Shown piece by piece: positions 1 through 13,131 of a stretch of 64,000 nt of DNA. The first letter of the stretch is position 1, and every line of letters begins with the position of its first letter. Below the pieces are notes generated by a model, which saw only the letters and a list, made by a program, of their open reading frames with translations, ran no database searches and had not been told where the DNA came from. Source of the DNA: Octopus vulgaris (Eukaryota); NCBI GenBank assembly GCA_951406725.2, contig OX597826.1, forward strand, positions 58,838,001 to 58,902,000, read 5' to 3'. The position numbers were made by a program, and so were the translations under genes.

Positions 1-45
<45 letters not shown>

Positions 46-200
46 TGATGACAATGAAGAAGAAGAAGAAGAAGAAGAAGAAGAAGAAGAAGAAAAAGAA
101 GAAGAAAAGGAAGTAAAAAAGAAGAAAAGGAAGAAGAAGAAGAAGAAGAAGAAGAAGAAGAAGAAGAAGAAGAAGAAGAAGAAGAAGAAGAAGAAGAAAT
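1..200. repeat. (GAT)n followed by (GAA)n microsatellite
   Basis: Pure trinucleotide runs read directly. Confidence 0.97.
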
Positions 201-424
201 TAAAAAAACAACCAAAAACAAATAAACCTTGAGTCACCAAAAGCAGACAGTTCGATCTACAGGTCCAATACATTATTGACTTGTCTTGATACAAATCTTT
301 GTTTAAATGCCAAAATTTCTGTTCCTTTTGTTTTTTGGTTATTTTTTTTCCAAATTAATTCTTCAACTTTTGTCTACTCAATACTAATCAAAATGTCAAA
401 CTATTGATGTGCTTTCTCTTAGTC

Positions 425-469
<45 letters not shown>

Positions 470-485
470 CATTATCATTATTATT

Positions 486-880
486 AAGGCGACGAGCTGG
501 CAGAAACGTTAGAACGCCGGGCGAAATGCTTTGCGGTATTTCGTCCGCCGTTACGTTCTGAGTTCAAATTCCGCCGAGGTCGACTTTGCCTTTTATCCTT
601 TCGGAGTCGATTAAATAAGTACCAGTTACGCACTGGGCTCGATATAATCGACTTAATCCGTTTGTCTGTCCTTGTTTGTCCTTTCTGTCTGTGTTTAGCC
701 TCTCGTGGGCAGTAAAGAAATAGGTATTTCGTCTGCCGCTTCGTTCTCAGTTCTAATTCCGCGGAAGTCGACTTTGTCTTCTATCCTTTCGGGTTCGATA
801 AAATAAATACCAATTGAACACTGGGGTCGATGTAATCGACAGGCTGCCTCCCCAAAATTGCTGCTCTTCTGCAAAAATTT
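486..880 (+). mobile_element. SINE family B (AAGGCGGCGAGCTGGCAGAA head), dimeric
   Basis: tRNA-like head with B-box-like GAGTTCAAATTCC, then GTCGACTTTGCCTTT(C)ATCCTTTCGGGGTCGAT..AGTACCAG core present twice; same sequence recurs at 7900, 10970, 30000, 36480, 37340 and 45490. Confidence 0.85.
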
Positions 881-896
881 TAAATTAATATTATTA

Positions 897-1128
897 TGAA
901 AGAGCAGTGCATGCCATCAAAGTAACACTGGGGTAAAATATACGAGGCACAGTAGACCCATCATGACTACACGTCTGATAAGGTTACACCAGGAAAGGCA
1001 TCACAATCATATGTGCGCGACATGGTGATCTCATATCAAAATAAACAGCGCATGACCTTGCAAGTGGGGCCCAGTTAGAATTTTCTTCTGGTCGAGTAGC
1101 ACATCCCTCTCAAAAGGTCCCTGAATAC
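897..1128 (-). mobile_element. Truncated copy of the (TAA)n-associated ~545-bp interspersed element at 30697-31244
   Basis: Aligns by eye with 30700-30930 (GCATGCCATCAAAG...GGTCCCTGAATA). Confidence 0.8.
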
Positions 1129-1139
1129 ATGTAATGTAC

Positions 1140-1590
<451 letters not shown>

Positions 1591-1730
1591 ACGACAGGTT
1601 TCTTTCAATTGCCATCTACCAAATCTACTAATAAGGCTTTGGCCGGCCCTAAGCTATAGTAAAAGATAATTGACCAAAATGCCACACATTAGAACTGAAC
1701 CCCGAACCATGTGGCTTGGAAGCCTGCGCC
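1591..1730 (-). mobile_element. SINE family A, 5' portion, diverged
   Basis: Reverse complement matches the head of 6866-7280. Confidence 0.75.
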
Positions 1731-2174
1731 ATCTAAAACATTTATAAAGATTAATTCAAGAAATAATAGCGGAAGGCGCGCAGCAGTATTAATGTGTTAA
1801 ATTACAAAACCTGATTTTGACAAATATATTCAGTCTGTTAGACTATGAAAGCTAGAGGAGAGAAAGTCATATAAGTTGTGTAAATTGAGTGTATCAGTTA
1901 CATACCTAGCCAAGAAATATATGTCTTCCGTTACGTACATGTAACGCACGATCGAGAACGAATTGAGGATGTGTGATGAGGCAAGAAGGTTTTAATGTAT
2001 TTTAAGGGAACATTTGTATGATTATATAGTCTATATAGTTATGTGGTCTGCGCACGCAAGTTTGTTTGTTTGTTTGTGTGTGTATGTGTGTGTATGGGTG
2101 TTTGAGCGCGCATCTATGCATGTCTGTAGAAATACAAGCACACACATATACACCCACATGTGTGTGCACATTTC

Positions 2175-2558
<384 letters not shown>

Positions 2559-2563
<5 letters not shown>

Positions 2564-2660
2564 ATCCAAAAAGGAAAGCACAAAAAAAACGCAACAACGC
2601 GAGGACGTGGAACAAATATAGTATTATTGGACGCTCAGGAAAGAAGGAAAGAAGGGCTAG
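2559..2660 (-). mobile_element. Penelope-like pLTR 3'-end fragment abutting (TA)n
   Basis: GTATTATTGGACGCTCAGGAA resembles the fragments at 8895 and 41451; truncated before the hammerhead motif. Confidence 0.5.
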
Positions 2661-2769
2661 TAGAATAAGGAGTGGTGTTTTTTTTGTCCCTGCCACAGGT
2701 CAGTACTGTTACTTTGAAATATGTGTGTGTGTGCGTGTATGTATATGTATCGTGTGTGTGTTTTGTTTG

Positions 2770-2812
<43 letters not shown>

Positions 2813-2834
2813 TGTTCGTAATATATCTGTGTGT

Positions 2835-3015
2835 GTGTCTCTGTTCCTGTGTTTGTCCCTCCATCAATCCTTGACAACCTTTGCCTGTGTGTTTACATCC
2901 CCGTAACTTAGCGGTTCAACAAAAGATACCGATTTGTTCGACTAAAAACTTCCCAAGGCGGTGCTCCAGTATAGTCTTAGTCAAATGACTGAAACACTTA
3001 AAATAATAAAAGAAT
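2835..3015 (+). mobile_element. SINE family A, 3' half
   Basis: CCCGTAACTTAGCGGTTC...GGCGGTGCTCCAG...AAATGACTGAAAC matches other copies. Confidence 0.8.
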
Positions 3016-4145
3016 ATATATATAATATCCTTTATATATACTTTATACACACACACAAAATCTCCACTAAATGTGACTGAGGGTGCAGAAGTACCTACAT
3101 TGCAAAAAATAAGAGTTAAATCTCTTAATGTTAGTCTACTCCAGTGATTCTAGAATCGCTCATGGAGCGGTTATCTCCCCTGTCAGTGTATATACATTAT
3201 GCATTTTAACTTTTATTTCTTCTGATATTTTCTCTTTATAAAGATTTGCCTCAGATGTGGAGCGGTCCCCACTTCTGCAAGGCATAGTACGAATGTGAGG
3301 CTACGAAGATCAACAACATTATTTCAAGCAAATAAATCCCATTGAATAAACAAACAATAGGCGCATGTTTGCCAGTGTGGTGAAGAACAACCATTCGCAA
3401 CTCCTGGGTTTCAGGATCAATATTGCACTTTCTTCTTCCATAAAATCGTATGGAACAGTTTGTGTTGAACTCGGCATTCGAAGACTACAGAAACCTGTGT
3501 GAGGGAGAAAGAGAGTCATGAAGAGAGACAGAGCTTAATAGAAGGCCATAAGGAGGGAAAAAATTAGAGAGAGAGAACGCTGGGGTGGTGCAAGGGAGAG
3601 AGAGAAAAAGAGAAAGAAAAAGTGAAAGAGAGAGATAGAAAGTGAGAGAGAGAGAGAAGCTATTCATAGGTAGCAGACGAGTTTTAATCCCGTTATAATA
3701 TCGGTTTCAAATTTTGGCACAAAGTCAGCATGTCGATGACATCGACCACAGTGCTCAACTGATATATATTTTAACGAACGCAAAAAGGATGAAAAGCAAA
3801 GTTGACCTGAGAACGTAAAACCGGACAAAACACCGCTAAGCTTTTTTCCCGGCGTTCTAATGATCCTGCCAGCTCGCCGCCCTAATCCCGTATTAATATC
3901 ACCATCTGGCACTTTAAGGCTATCTCAATGGAGTCCATCAGAACATGAGAATTTTGGGTAGGCCTCTCGTCTGAGAAAAACTTCTTTTCATGTTCCTGAC
4001 AGTCTTAGAAGTTCTGAAAAATGGCCATGGTGTGATACTATTCCCCGCCTCAAAGATTAGCAAAGAACTAAAACCTCTAGTATTAACATAACGCCAATTC
4101 CATTGATATGACTCACGAGAACCGATCCACAGTTAATACCCCCCA

Positions 4146-4209
<64 letters not shown>

Positions 4210-4210
4210 A

Positions 4211-4242
<32 letters not shown>

Positions 4243-4248
4243 TTGCTG

Positions 4249-4289
<41 letters not shown>

Positions 4290-4317
4290 GCTGCTGCTGC
4301 TACTGCTGCTGTTGCTG

Positions 4318-4353
<36 letters not shown>

Positions 4354-4363
4354 ATACTACTAT

Positions 4364-4401
<38 letters not shown>

Positions 4402-4517
4402 ATGTATTAACACAATCCACCGCCACCACAACCACCATCAACATTACCACCATCACCAACATCACTGCCACCACCACCACCTCCACCACCACCACCACCG
4501 CCACCTTCATCACCACC

Positions 4518-4548
<31 letters not shown>

Positions 4549-4928
4549 CCACCACCAACAACAACAACAACATCACCACCATCATCCTCTACCACCATCA
4601 TCCTCTACCACCATTACCACCACCGCGACCACAATCACCACCACCACCAACATCACCAACATTATCCAGCACCACCAACCCCAACACCACCACCACCGCC
4701 ACCACAATCACCACCACCAACATCACCACCATCATCCTCTACCACCACCACCACCACAACAACAACAACAACATCACCACCATCATCCTCTACCACCACC
4801 ACCACCACCACCACCATTACCACCACCGCGACCACAATCACCACCACCACCAACATCACCAACATCATCCAGCACCACCAACCCCAACACCACCACCACC
4901 ACCCCGCCACTACCACCACCACCACCAC
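4146..4928. repeat. (CTA/CTG)n then (CCA/CAA)n compound microsatellite with internally duplicated blocks
   Basis: Read directly; the block CCACCGCGACCACAATCACC occurs at ~4620 and ~4823. Confidence 0.95.
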
Positions 4929-5249
4929 GCAGTTAGTAAATGTAGGCCTAATTAGTTGGACTCTAACTAAATGTACTTAAAACATTTTTCATCAATGCAA
5001 GTACATTTGAACTGATGACTCCATCTTGTTGAATTCTGTAGTTACTTATTTTATACGTTTTTCTTTCGTTGACTTTGTGCTTTTAAAATATATATTTCTT
5101 CATTTTATTGCTAAATAATCTTCAGTGGATGGTAATTTCTTGCTCAACATATTTGAAAGCTTTCCATATTTCTGCTGAATGTTCTTCTCTTCTACATTCA
5201 TTATATATTTATTTATATAGTTTTATCTACTTATTTATTTATTTATTTG

Positions 5250-5925
<676 letters not shown>

Positions 5926-6247
5926 ATCGTTGTTATTGTAATTATTAGTATTATTATTAATATTATAATTACTGTCGTAGTTGTTGGGGTTGTTATTATT
6001 ATGCGTTTTGTATGCTTATTTATTTATAATTTTGCCCTATACTCATTTCATTTGACTTTGAAATATTGTGGAAAATTAAATAATAATGAATAAATAAATG
6101 AATAATTAAATAAAATAAATGAATAAATAAATAAGCAAAAAAACAATCATTAAAAAAGTGAAGAAATATGGAAAACATATCCCGAAATATATTTACCATT
6201 AATTAGTGAAAGAGGAAATAAATTTCTTTTCGCCTATCATATTACCA

Positions 6248-6587
6248 TGTGTGAGTGTGTGTGTGTCTGTGTGTCTGTGTGTCTGTGTGTGTTTTTCTGT
6301 GTGCGTGTGTGGTGTGTGTGTGGTGTGTGTGTGAGTGTAATGGGGGTATGTGTACGGTGTACGTGTGTTTGTTTGTTTGTAAGTATGTATGTGTGTGTGT
6401 TGGGGTATGTGGTGGTGGTGGTGGTGGTGGTTGTGGGGGGGTTGTCTGTGGCGTCTGTGTGAGTGTGTGCGTGTGTGCGTGTGTGCGTTTCTGAATGTGT
6501 GTAATATATGTATTTATATTATATATATATGTGTATGTATGTATGTATGTATGTATGTATGTATGTATGTATGTATGTATGTATGTA

Positions 6588-6618
<31 letters not shown>

Positions 6619-6690
6619 GCACGTATTTATATATATATATGTATGTATGTATGAATGAATGTGGGTATGTTTGTATATATATATAGGCAT
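6248..6690. repeat. (TG)n/(GGT)n/(TATG)n compound microsatellite
   Basis: Read directly. Confidence 0.95.
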
Positions 6691-6865
6691 GAATATTCAC
6701 AGACGATATATGCATGCACGCACATACAAATTGACACTTATAACGAGATATGTATATATATGTTTATATAGAAATCGCAACACACCATAGTAAAGACAGC
6801 GTCAGTGAGAGCGAGCGGAAAAACAGGCAGAAATGTCGACGAATAGGTTGAAAAATAAATCTATA

Positions 6866-7280
6866 GGCGCAGGAGTGGCTGTTTGGTAAGTAGCTTGCTA
6901 ACCAATCACATGGTTCCGGGTTCAGTCCCACTGCGTGGCATCTTGGGCAACTGTCTTCTGCTATAGCCCCGGGCCGACCAAAGCCTTGTGAGTGGATTTG
7001 GTAGACGGAAACTGAAAGAAGCCTGTCGTATATATGTATATATATGTATATGCGTGTGTGTATGTGTGTGTGCGTGTTTGTGTGTCTGTGTTTGTCCCCC
7101 TAGCATTGCTTGACAACCGATGCTGGTGTGCTTATGTCCCCGTCACTTAGCAGTTCGGCAAAAGAGACCGATAGAATAAGTACTGGGCTTACAAAGAATA
7201 AGTCCCGGGGTCGATTTGCTCGACTAAAGGCGGTGCTCCAGCGTGGCCGCAGTCATGTAAAAGTAAAAGAGTAAAGAGAG
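6866..7280 (+). mobile_element. Full-length SINE family A (tRNA-derived octopus-type SINE with internal TA/TG microsatellite)
   Basis: GGCGCAGGAGTGGCTG head with A-box-like and B-box-like (GGTTCAGTCCC) motifs, CTTGGGCAA core, GTAAAAGA-repeat tail; more than ten copies in the window. Confidence 0.9.
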
Positions 7281-7349
7281 TATGCACACAGAAAATCGTG
7301 AGAGTATATTTACATACGTACACACACATACTTAATAAACATATAGGTA

Positions 7350-7769
7350 TACTCTTTACTCTTTTACTCTTTTACTTGTTTCAGTCACCCGACTGCGGCC
7401 ATGCTGGAGCACTGACTTTAGTCGAGCAAATCGACCCCGGGGACTTATTCTTTGTAAGCCCAGTACTTATTCTATCGGTTTCTTTTTTGCCGAACCGCTA
7501 AGTGACGGGGACGTAAACACACCAGCATCGGTTGTCAAGCAATGCTAGGGGGACAAACACAGCAGACACACAAACACACACATACATATATATATATACA
7601 TATATACGACGGGCTTCTTTCAGTTTCCGTCTACCAAATCCACTCACAATGCATTGGTCGGCCCGGGGCTATAGCAGAAGACACTTGCCCAAGATGCCAC
7701 GCAGTGGGACTGAACCCGGAGCCATGTGGTTGGTTAGCAAGCTACTTACCACACAGCCACTCCTGCGCC
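7350..7769 (-). mobile_element. Full-length SINE family A, inverted relative to 6866-7280
   Basis: Reverse complement matches 6866-7280, including shared subfamily variants. Confidence 0.9.
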
Positions 7770-7899
7770 TATACATATATATATCACGTGATCACCTGAT
7801 CGAGCAGACTAGCGGATGTTGCCATACATCGATGATCACAATGTGCTTTGCATCGTTTTAGCGTTCCAATGATGCCACCCCACTGGTACATATATATAT

Positions 7900-8140
7900 A
7901 TTTCTTTACTACCCACAAGGGGATAAACACAGAGGGGACAATCAAGGACAGACAAACGGATTGAATCGGTTATATCGACCCCAGTGCGTAACTGGTACTT
8001 ATTTAATCGACCTCGAAAGGATGAGAGGCAAAGTCGACCTCGGCGGAATTTGAACTCAGAACGTAACGGCAGACGAAATACGGCTAAGCATTTCGCCCGG
8101 CGTGCTAACGTTTCTGTCAGCTCAGCGCCGTTAGCCAGCT
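7900..8140 (-). mobile_element. SINE family B
   Basis: Reverse complement of 486-725. Confidence 0.88.
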
Positions 8141-8750
8141 CAGTGTACATATATATATGTGTGTGTGTGTGTGTGTGTCTGTGTCTGTGCTTGTGTGTGT
8201 GCACGCACACTGGTATGCAGAAGTACATGCATGCGGATATACATATGTACATATGAATGAATACGCATGTGTGTGTGGATGTAGACGTGCGCATGCACGC
8301 CCATGTACAGATGCGCACAGTCTCATCAATATACACATGCACACAAAACTATATGAACGCGTCTATACACCCACATATAGAACTATATACTTGTACATGT
8401 CGCCTCTTTCTCTACCCCTCCCCAACAAACCTGACCGATTTTTAATCACCACGTGGTCGATTTCTTGTCCTCTACGTTGTCAATTTACTGTTCGCCATGC
8501 GGTTTTTTCCAACTAACTGTTATCCATATACCAGCATCAAACCACGACGACGCGTGGCCTTAATCGACCAATTACAGCTCACCTTATGGTAATAACAATT
8601 CACTTCTGTCATCCAAGTGCGAAATGGCTGACGACTAGCATCACGCGTGAAACTCAAGCGTACCAACAAATTTAAATCAAAATTGTAATCGATTCACGCA
8701 ACTCTCAATAAATTGGTTGAGTACTCTTCTTTCGTTTGTCCCTCCACTCG

Positions 8751-9085
<335 letters not shown>

Positions 9086-9097
9086 TGTGTGTATGTA

Positions 9098-9240
<143 letters not shown>

Positions 9241-9299
9241 GCATATGTACATACATGCATATATAGATACATATATACATACATATATATATATATTTA

Positions 9300-9830
9300 T
9301 GTAAAAAATATAAGGAGTGCGTTGGGTTACATAAGTATTTCAAGGAATTTTTAAAAAGCATACCAACCAAAAAATTTAACTAAAACACAGAAAATCTGAC
9401 AAAACCAAATACACGGAAAATTCGTAGCTAATTCCTCATCAGTCAACGTCCAAATTTCATCATAGTTTCATGCAGTTATCGTTAAGCTGCTCCTTCATTG
9501 GAGGAACCAGTACCAAAAATTGCTGGGAATAGCTAATGAACGTACCAGGACCATGACGACAACAAACATGACAAACTAAAATAATTGTAATAGCTATACA
9601 TATACAACAAAAAGAGAAAAAAAAAAACCCACATGGCTCGCAGTCAGTTAAAAGTGGGTAATGTAACGGAAAATGAAAAGTCCGAAACGAGTGGAAGTGT
9701 AAGAAGGGCAGAACGAATGATGAAAACAAACCGTGGAGGAAAAAGTGAAGATGCACGAAGAAGCGTTTCCGACCATCCTGGTGGCCGAAGGAAAAAGAAC
9801 GACAGAGATAGCCACGGTTCACGTGATAGA
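9300..9830 (-). mobile_element. Probable Penelope-like pLTR fragment with degenerate tandem hammerhead motifs
   Basis: 3' end at (TA)n; minus strand has CCAATGA..GCAG/CTGC..GAAAC followed by CTGATGA-GGAA..TTCC. Confidence 0.4.
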
Positions 9831-9911
9831 TGGAGGGTCGTTCATTTGTTCATTCATCCATCCATCCATTCATCCTTACATACATCCTTACATACATACA
9901 TACATACATAA

Positions 9912-10245
9912 AGGGTAAAGACCCCCTTCGGTCATGAATGACCATGGGATTGCACCTAGAAAGTTACCCTCCTAGACACAAGTCCGGGCAAAGTTGTTTA
10001 TGGAAGACCAGCAGTCGCCCATGCATACCAGCCTCCCCTCTCCACGCCACCAGTGTTATCCAAGGGAAAGACAAAGGTCGATACAGCTTGAAACCAGTGA
10101 CGTCGCAACTCATTTCTACAGCTGAGTGAACTGGAGCAACGTGAAATAAAGTGCTTTGCTCAAGAACACAACACGCAGCCCGGTCCGGGATTCGAGCTCA
10201 TAACCTCACGATCGTAAGCTCGACGCTCTAACCACTGAGCCATGC
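9912..10245 (-). mobile_element. tRNA-derived SINE family C, tail type 3
   Basis: Minus strand begins GGCTCAGTGGTTAGAGCG...TCGAATCCCGGACCGG (A and B boxes), then the shared TTTATTTCACGTTGCTCCAGTTCACTCAGCTG middle. Confidence 0.85.
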
Positions 10246-10395
10246 TACATACATACATACATACATACATGCATACTTGCAGATACGCGCAAATACATAC
10301 ATAAATGCATGCATACATATATACATGAATACATATATACATGCATACACACATACATATGTACATAAATGCATACATATATATACATACATACA

Positions 10396-10500
10396 ATAAT
10401 ACTCAATTGTTGATGAAATTCCAGTGATGGAACCTTGGATCTAGGTTAGAAACCCACTCTTTCTCTATTGGCAAGGAAATTTGAAAAAAAACTGAATAAC
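10396..10500 (+). mobile_element. Short repeat embedded in (ATAC)n, probably pLTR-derived; copies at 43628-43735 (-) and 48212-48320 (+)
   Basis: GAAATTCCARTGA..CCTTGGATCTAGGTTAGAAACC(GG)CTCTTTCTCTA..AAACTGAA seen three times, always inside (ATAC)n. Confidence 0.65.
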
Positions 10501-10929
10501 TTACATACTTACATACATGCATGCATACATACCTACCTACATAGCTACCTACCTACCTACCTACATACATACATACATACATACATGCATGCATATATAC
10601 ATACGCTTAAAAGATTGAGTCAGCTAAACTTGCATGAGTGCACCGCATCTCTACATCATTAGTTGTTGGTCATTAGTGTAAAACGAATTTAAGAGTTTAA
10701 AATGAAATTCTCGGTGATAATATTTAAGAAGAACTCAATCATTTTAGGTCATATGTTTCACGGAAGGTAATGTGTAAACGATCTAAGGCAAAGGAAAGTT
10801 AAGGAATGTAGAAACGAATTAACACAACACCGCTTAATTGACACTTGAATTCAATGATTTTAATGTAACTTTCTTCCACATGTACATGCGCTATTCTACA
10901 CAACTACATACACAGACACACGCAAGTAT

Positions 10930-11553
<624 letters not shown>

Positions 11554-11723
11554 TAAGACAATTATATACACTCACACATACGAGCACTCATTCATAAAAT
11601 AAATCGAATATAAACACCAGTCAAACGGAATGCATTCCCTCACCTTAATATTCTTTTACCTTCCTCCTCCAACCTCGATTGAACCCTTGAACTCTAGTAA
11701 CTGCCAGTTTCTCCTACATTCAA

Positions 11724-11750
11724 CCAATCTGACGTCACCCCCTATAAATA
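11724..11750 (+). promoter_or_regulatory. CCAAT box, CRE and TATA box cluster
   Basis: CCAAT 11724-28, TGACGTCA 11730-37, TATAAATA 11743-50. Confidence 0.5.
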
Positions 11751-11835
11751 GACACTATTTATCATTATCGCCATGGGCTCCTCGAGAGCAGTCAACTAAA
11801 AACTTGTGCATTTTGTTGTCGAAAGAAGTTCCTGG

Positions 11836-11921
11836 ATTTTCCTGATGAGAAAGCTGCATAATGGACTCCTTATTCATTCGGAATAAGGAATTTTGCAGAC
11901 TTCGAAACATATGTCGAAAAT
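11836..11921 (+). ncRNA. Type I hammerhead ribozyme with canonical core
   Basis: Stem I ATTTTC(11836-41)/GAAAAT(11916-21); CTGATGA 11842-48; long stem II GAA..CTGCA..TCCTTATTC/GAATAAGGA..TGCAG..TTC; GAAA 11904-07; palindromic stem III ACATATGT; GUC cleavage triplet 11913-15. Confidence 0.82.
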
Positions 11922-11973
11922 AAAATAAAGGAATTTTGTTAAATCTTCGCTCAGCTCCATTCTTTCCTATACT

Positions 11974-12026
<53 letters not shown>

Positions 12027-12091
12027 ACATATGCATATATACATATATATATGTACGTACTTACCTCTACATGTATATATACATGCATATA

Positions 12092-12634
12092 TGGGTACAG
12101 GACACAAAAAAACGTCAAAAACAATGAGAAACGAAAACATAAACACAAAATTAAGGAACTGTACGTTTTTCTTAAACAACGTAAAAATAGAGTACAGGAC
12201 AAATAACACAAGGAAAATACCCCTTCTTCAGTCGCCATGGTTTCATCTTCTCTGCGTTTCGAAGATGAAGGCGATACGCATCTTCGATTGAAACTTTCCT
12301 TCCCACGAAAAGCAAATTAGATAAAATTTGAGATCTTTTTGCGGAGGGGTAAAAATGGTAACAAAAACAGGACAGTAACAACAGTACAAAATATAAACAG
12401 TAAAAGACAGGACAAGTAGAATAACAAGAGAAGAACGGCTGTTAAGCCGAACGAGATAAAGTACTACGAACGCTATTTTTGAGAGCGGCGAAGGAGCAAC
12501 AAAAAAATGCCGTCTATACACTTGAAGGAAGCCACGTCAGAAAGACAGTAGCACAACACTCGTCGCGGGTCAACGACGGGAGGGAGGAGGAGGAGCAAGA
12601 GAAAGGGAGAGAAAAAAGAGAATGGTTGTAGAGA
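12092..12634 (-). mobile_element. Probable Penelope-like pLTR fragment, tail-to-tail with 11600-11977 in the same (TA)n tract
   Basis: 3' end at (TA)n; degenerate hammerhead halves on the minus strand (GAAGATG/CATCTTC-GAAACGC and CTGAAGA-AGG/CCTT); pyrimidine-rich 5' part on the minus strand. Confidence 0.45.
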
Positions 12635-12635
12635 A

Positions 12636-12756
12636 ATTCCTGACATTTCCAGACATTAATGACATTCAAGAAATTAAAGAAATTCCTGATATTCCCAATA
12701 TTCCCAACATTCCAGACATTCCAGACATTCCTGACATTCCAGACATTCCTATTCCT
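12636..12756 (+). repeat. 9-bp tandem repeat (ATTCCWGAC)
   Basis: ATTCCAGAC/ATTCCTGAC units with variants. Confidence 0.9.
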
Positions 12757-13131
12757 GATCAAAGAGGAGTGCCGAAAGAGATCAAAGAGGTTGCCAAAAG
12801 AGATCAGAGAGGGTGCCGACAGTGATCAAATTGGGAGCCGACAGAGATCAAAGATCGTGCCGAAAGAGATCAAAGAGGAGTACCGAAAGAGATCAAAGAG
12901 GGTGCCGACAGAGATCAAAGAGGGTGTCGATATAGATCAAAGAGTGTGCCAGCAGAGATCAAAGATGGTGCCGACATAGATCAAAGAATGTGTCGACAGA
13001 GATCAAAGAGTGTGTCGACAAAGATCATAGACGGTACTGACAGAGATCAAAGAGGTGTACCGAAAAAGATTAAAGAGGAGCGCCGACATACATCAAACAG
13101 GAGTACCGAAAGAGATCAAAGAAAGAGATCA
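12757..13131 (+). repeat. 22-23-bp minisatellite (GAGATCAAAGAGGGTGCCGACA)
   Basis: GATC recurs at 12891, 12913, 12935, 12957 and 12979 (period 22). Confidence 0.93.

Larger units (their letters stand above)
11600..11977 (+). mobile_element. Penelope-like pLTR (promoter motifs, hammerhead, AATAAA), 3' end at (TA)n
   Basis: Pyrimidine-rich stretch, CCAAT/CRE/TATA cluster, canonical hammerhead, AATAAA at 11919, then (TA)n. Confidence 0.6.
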
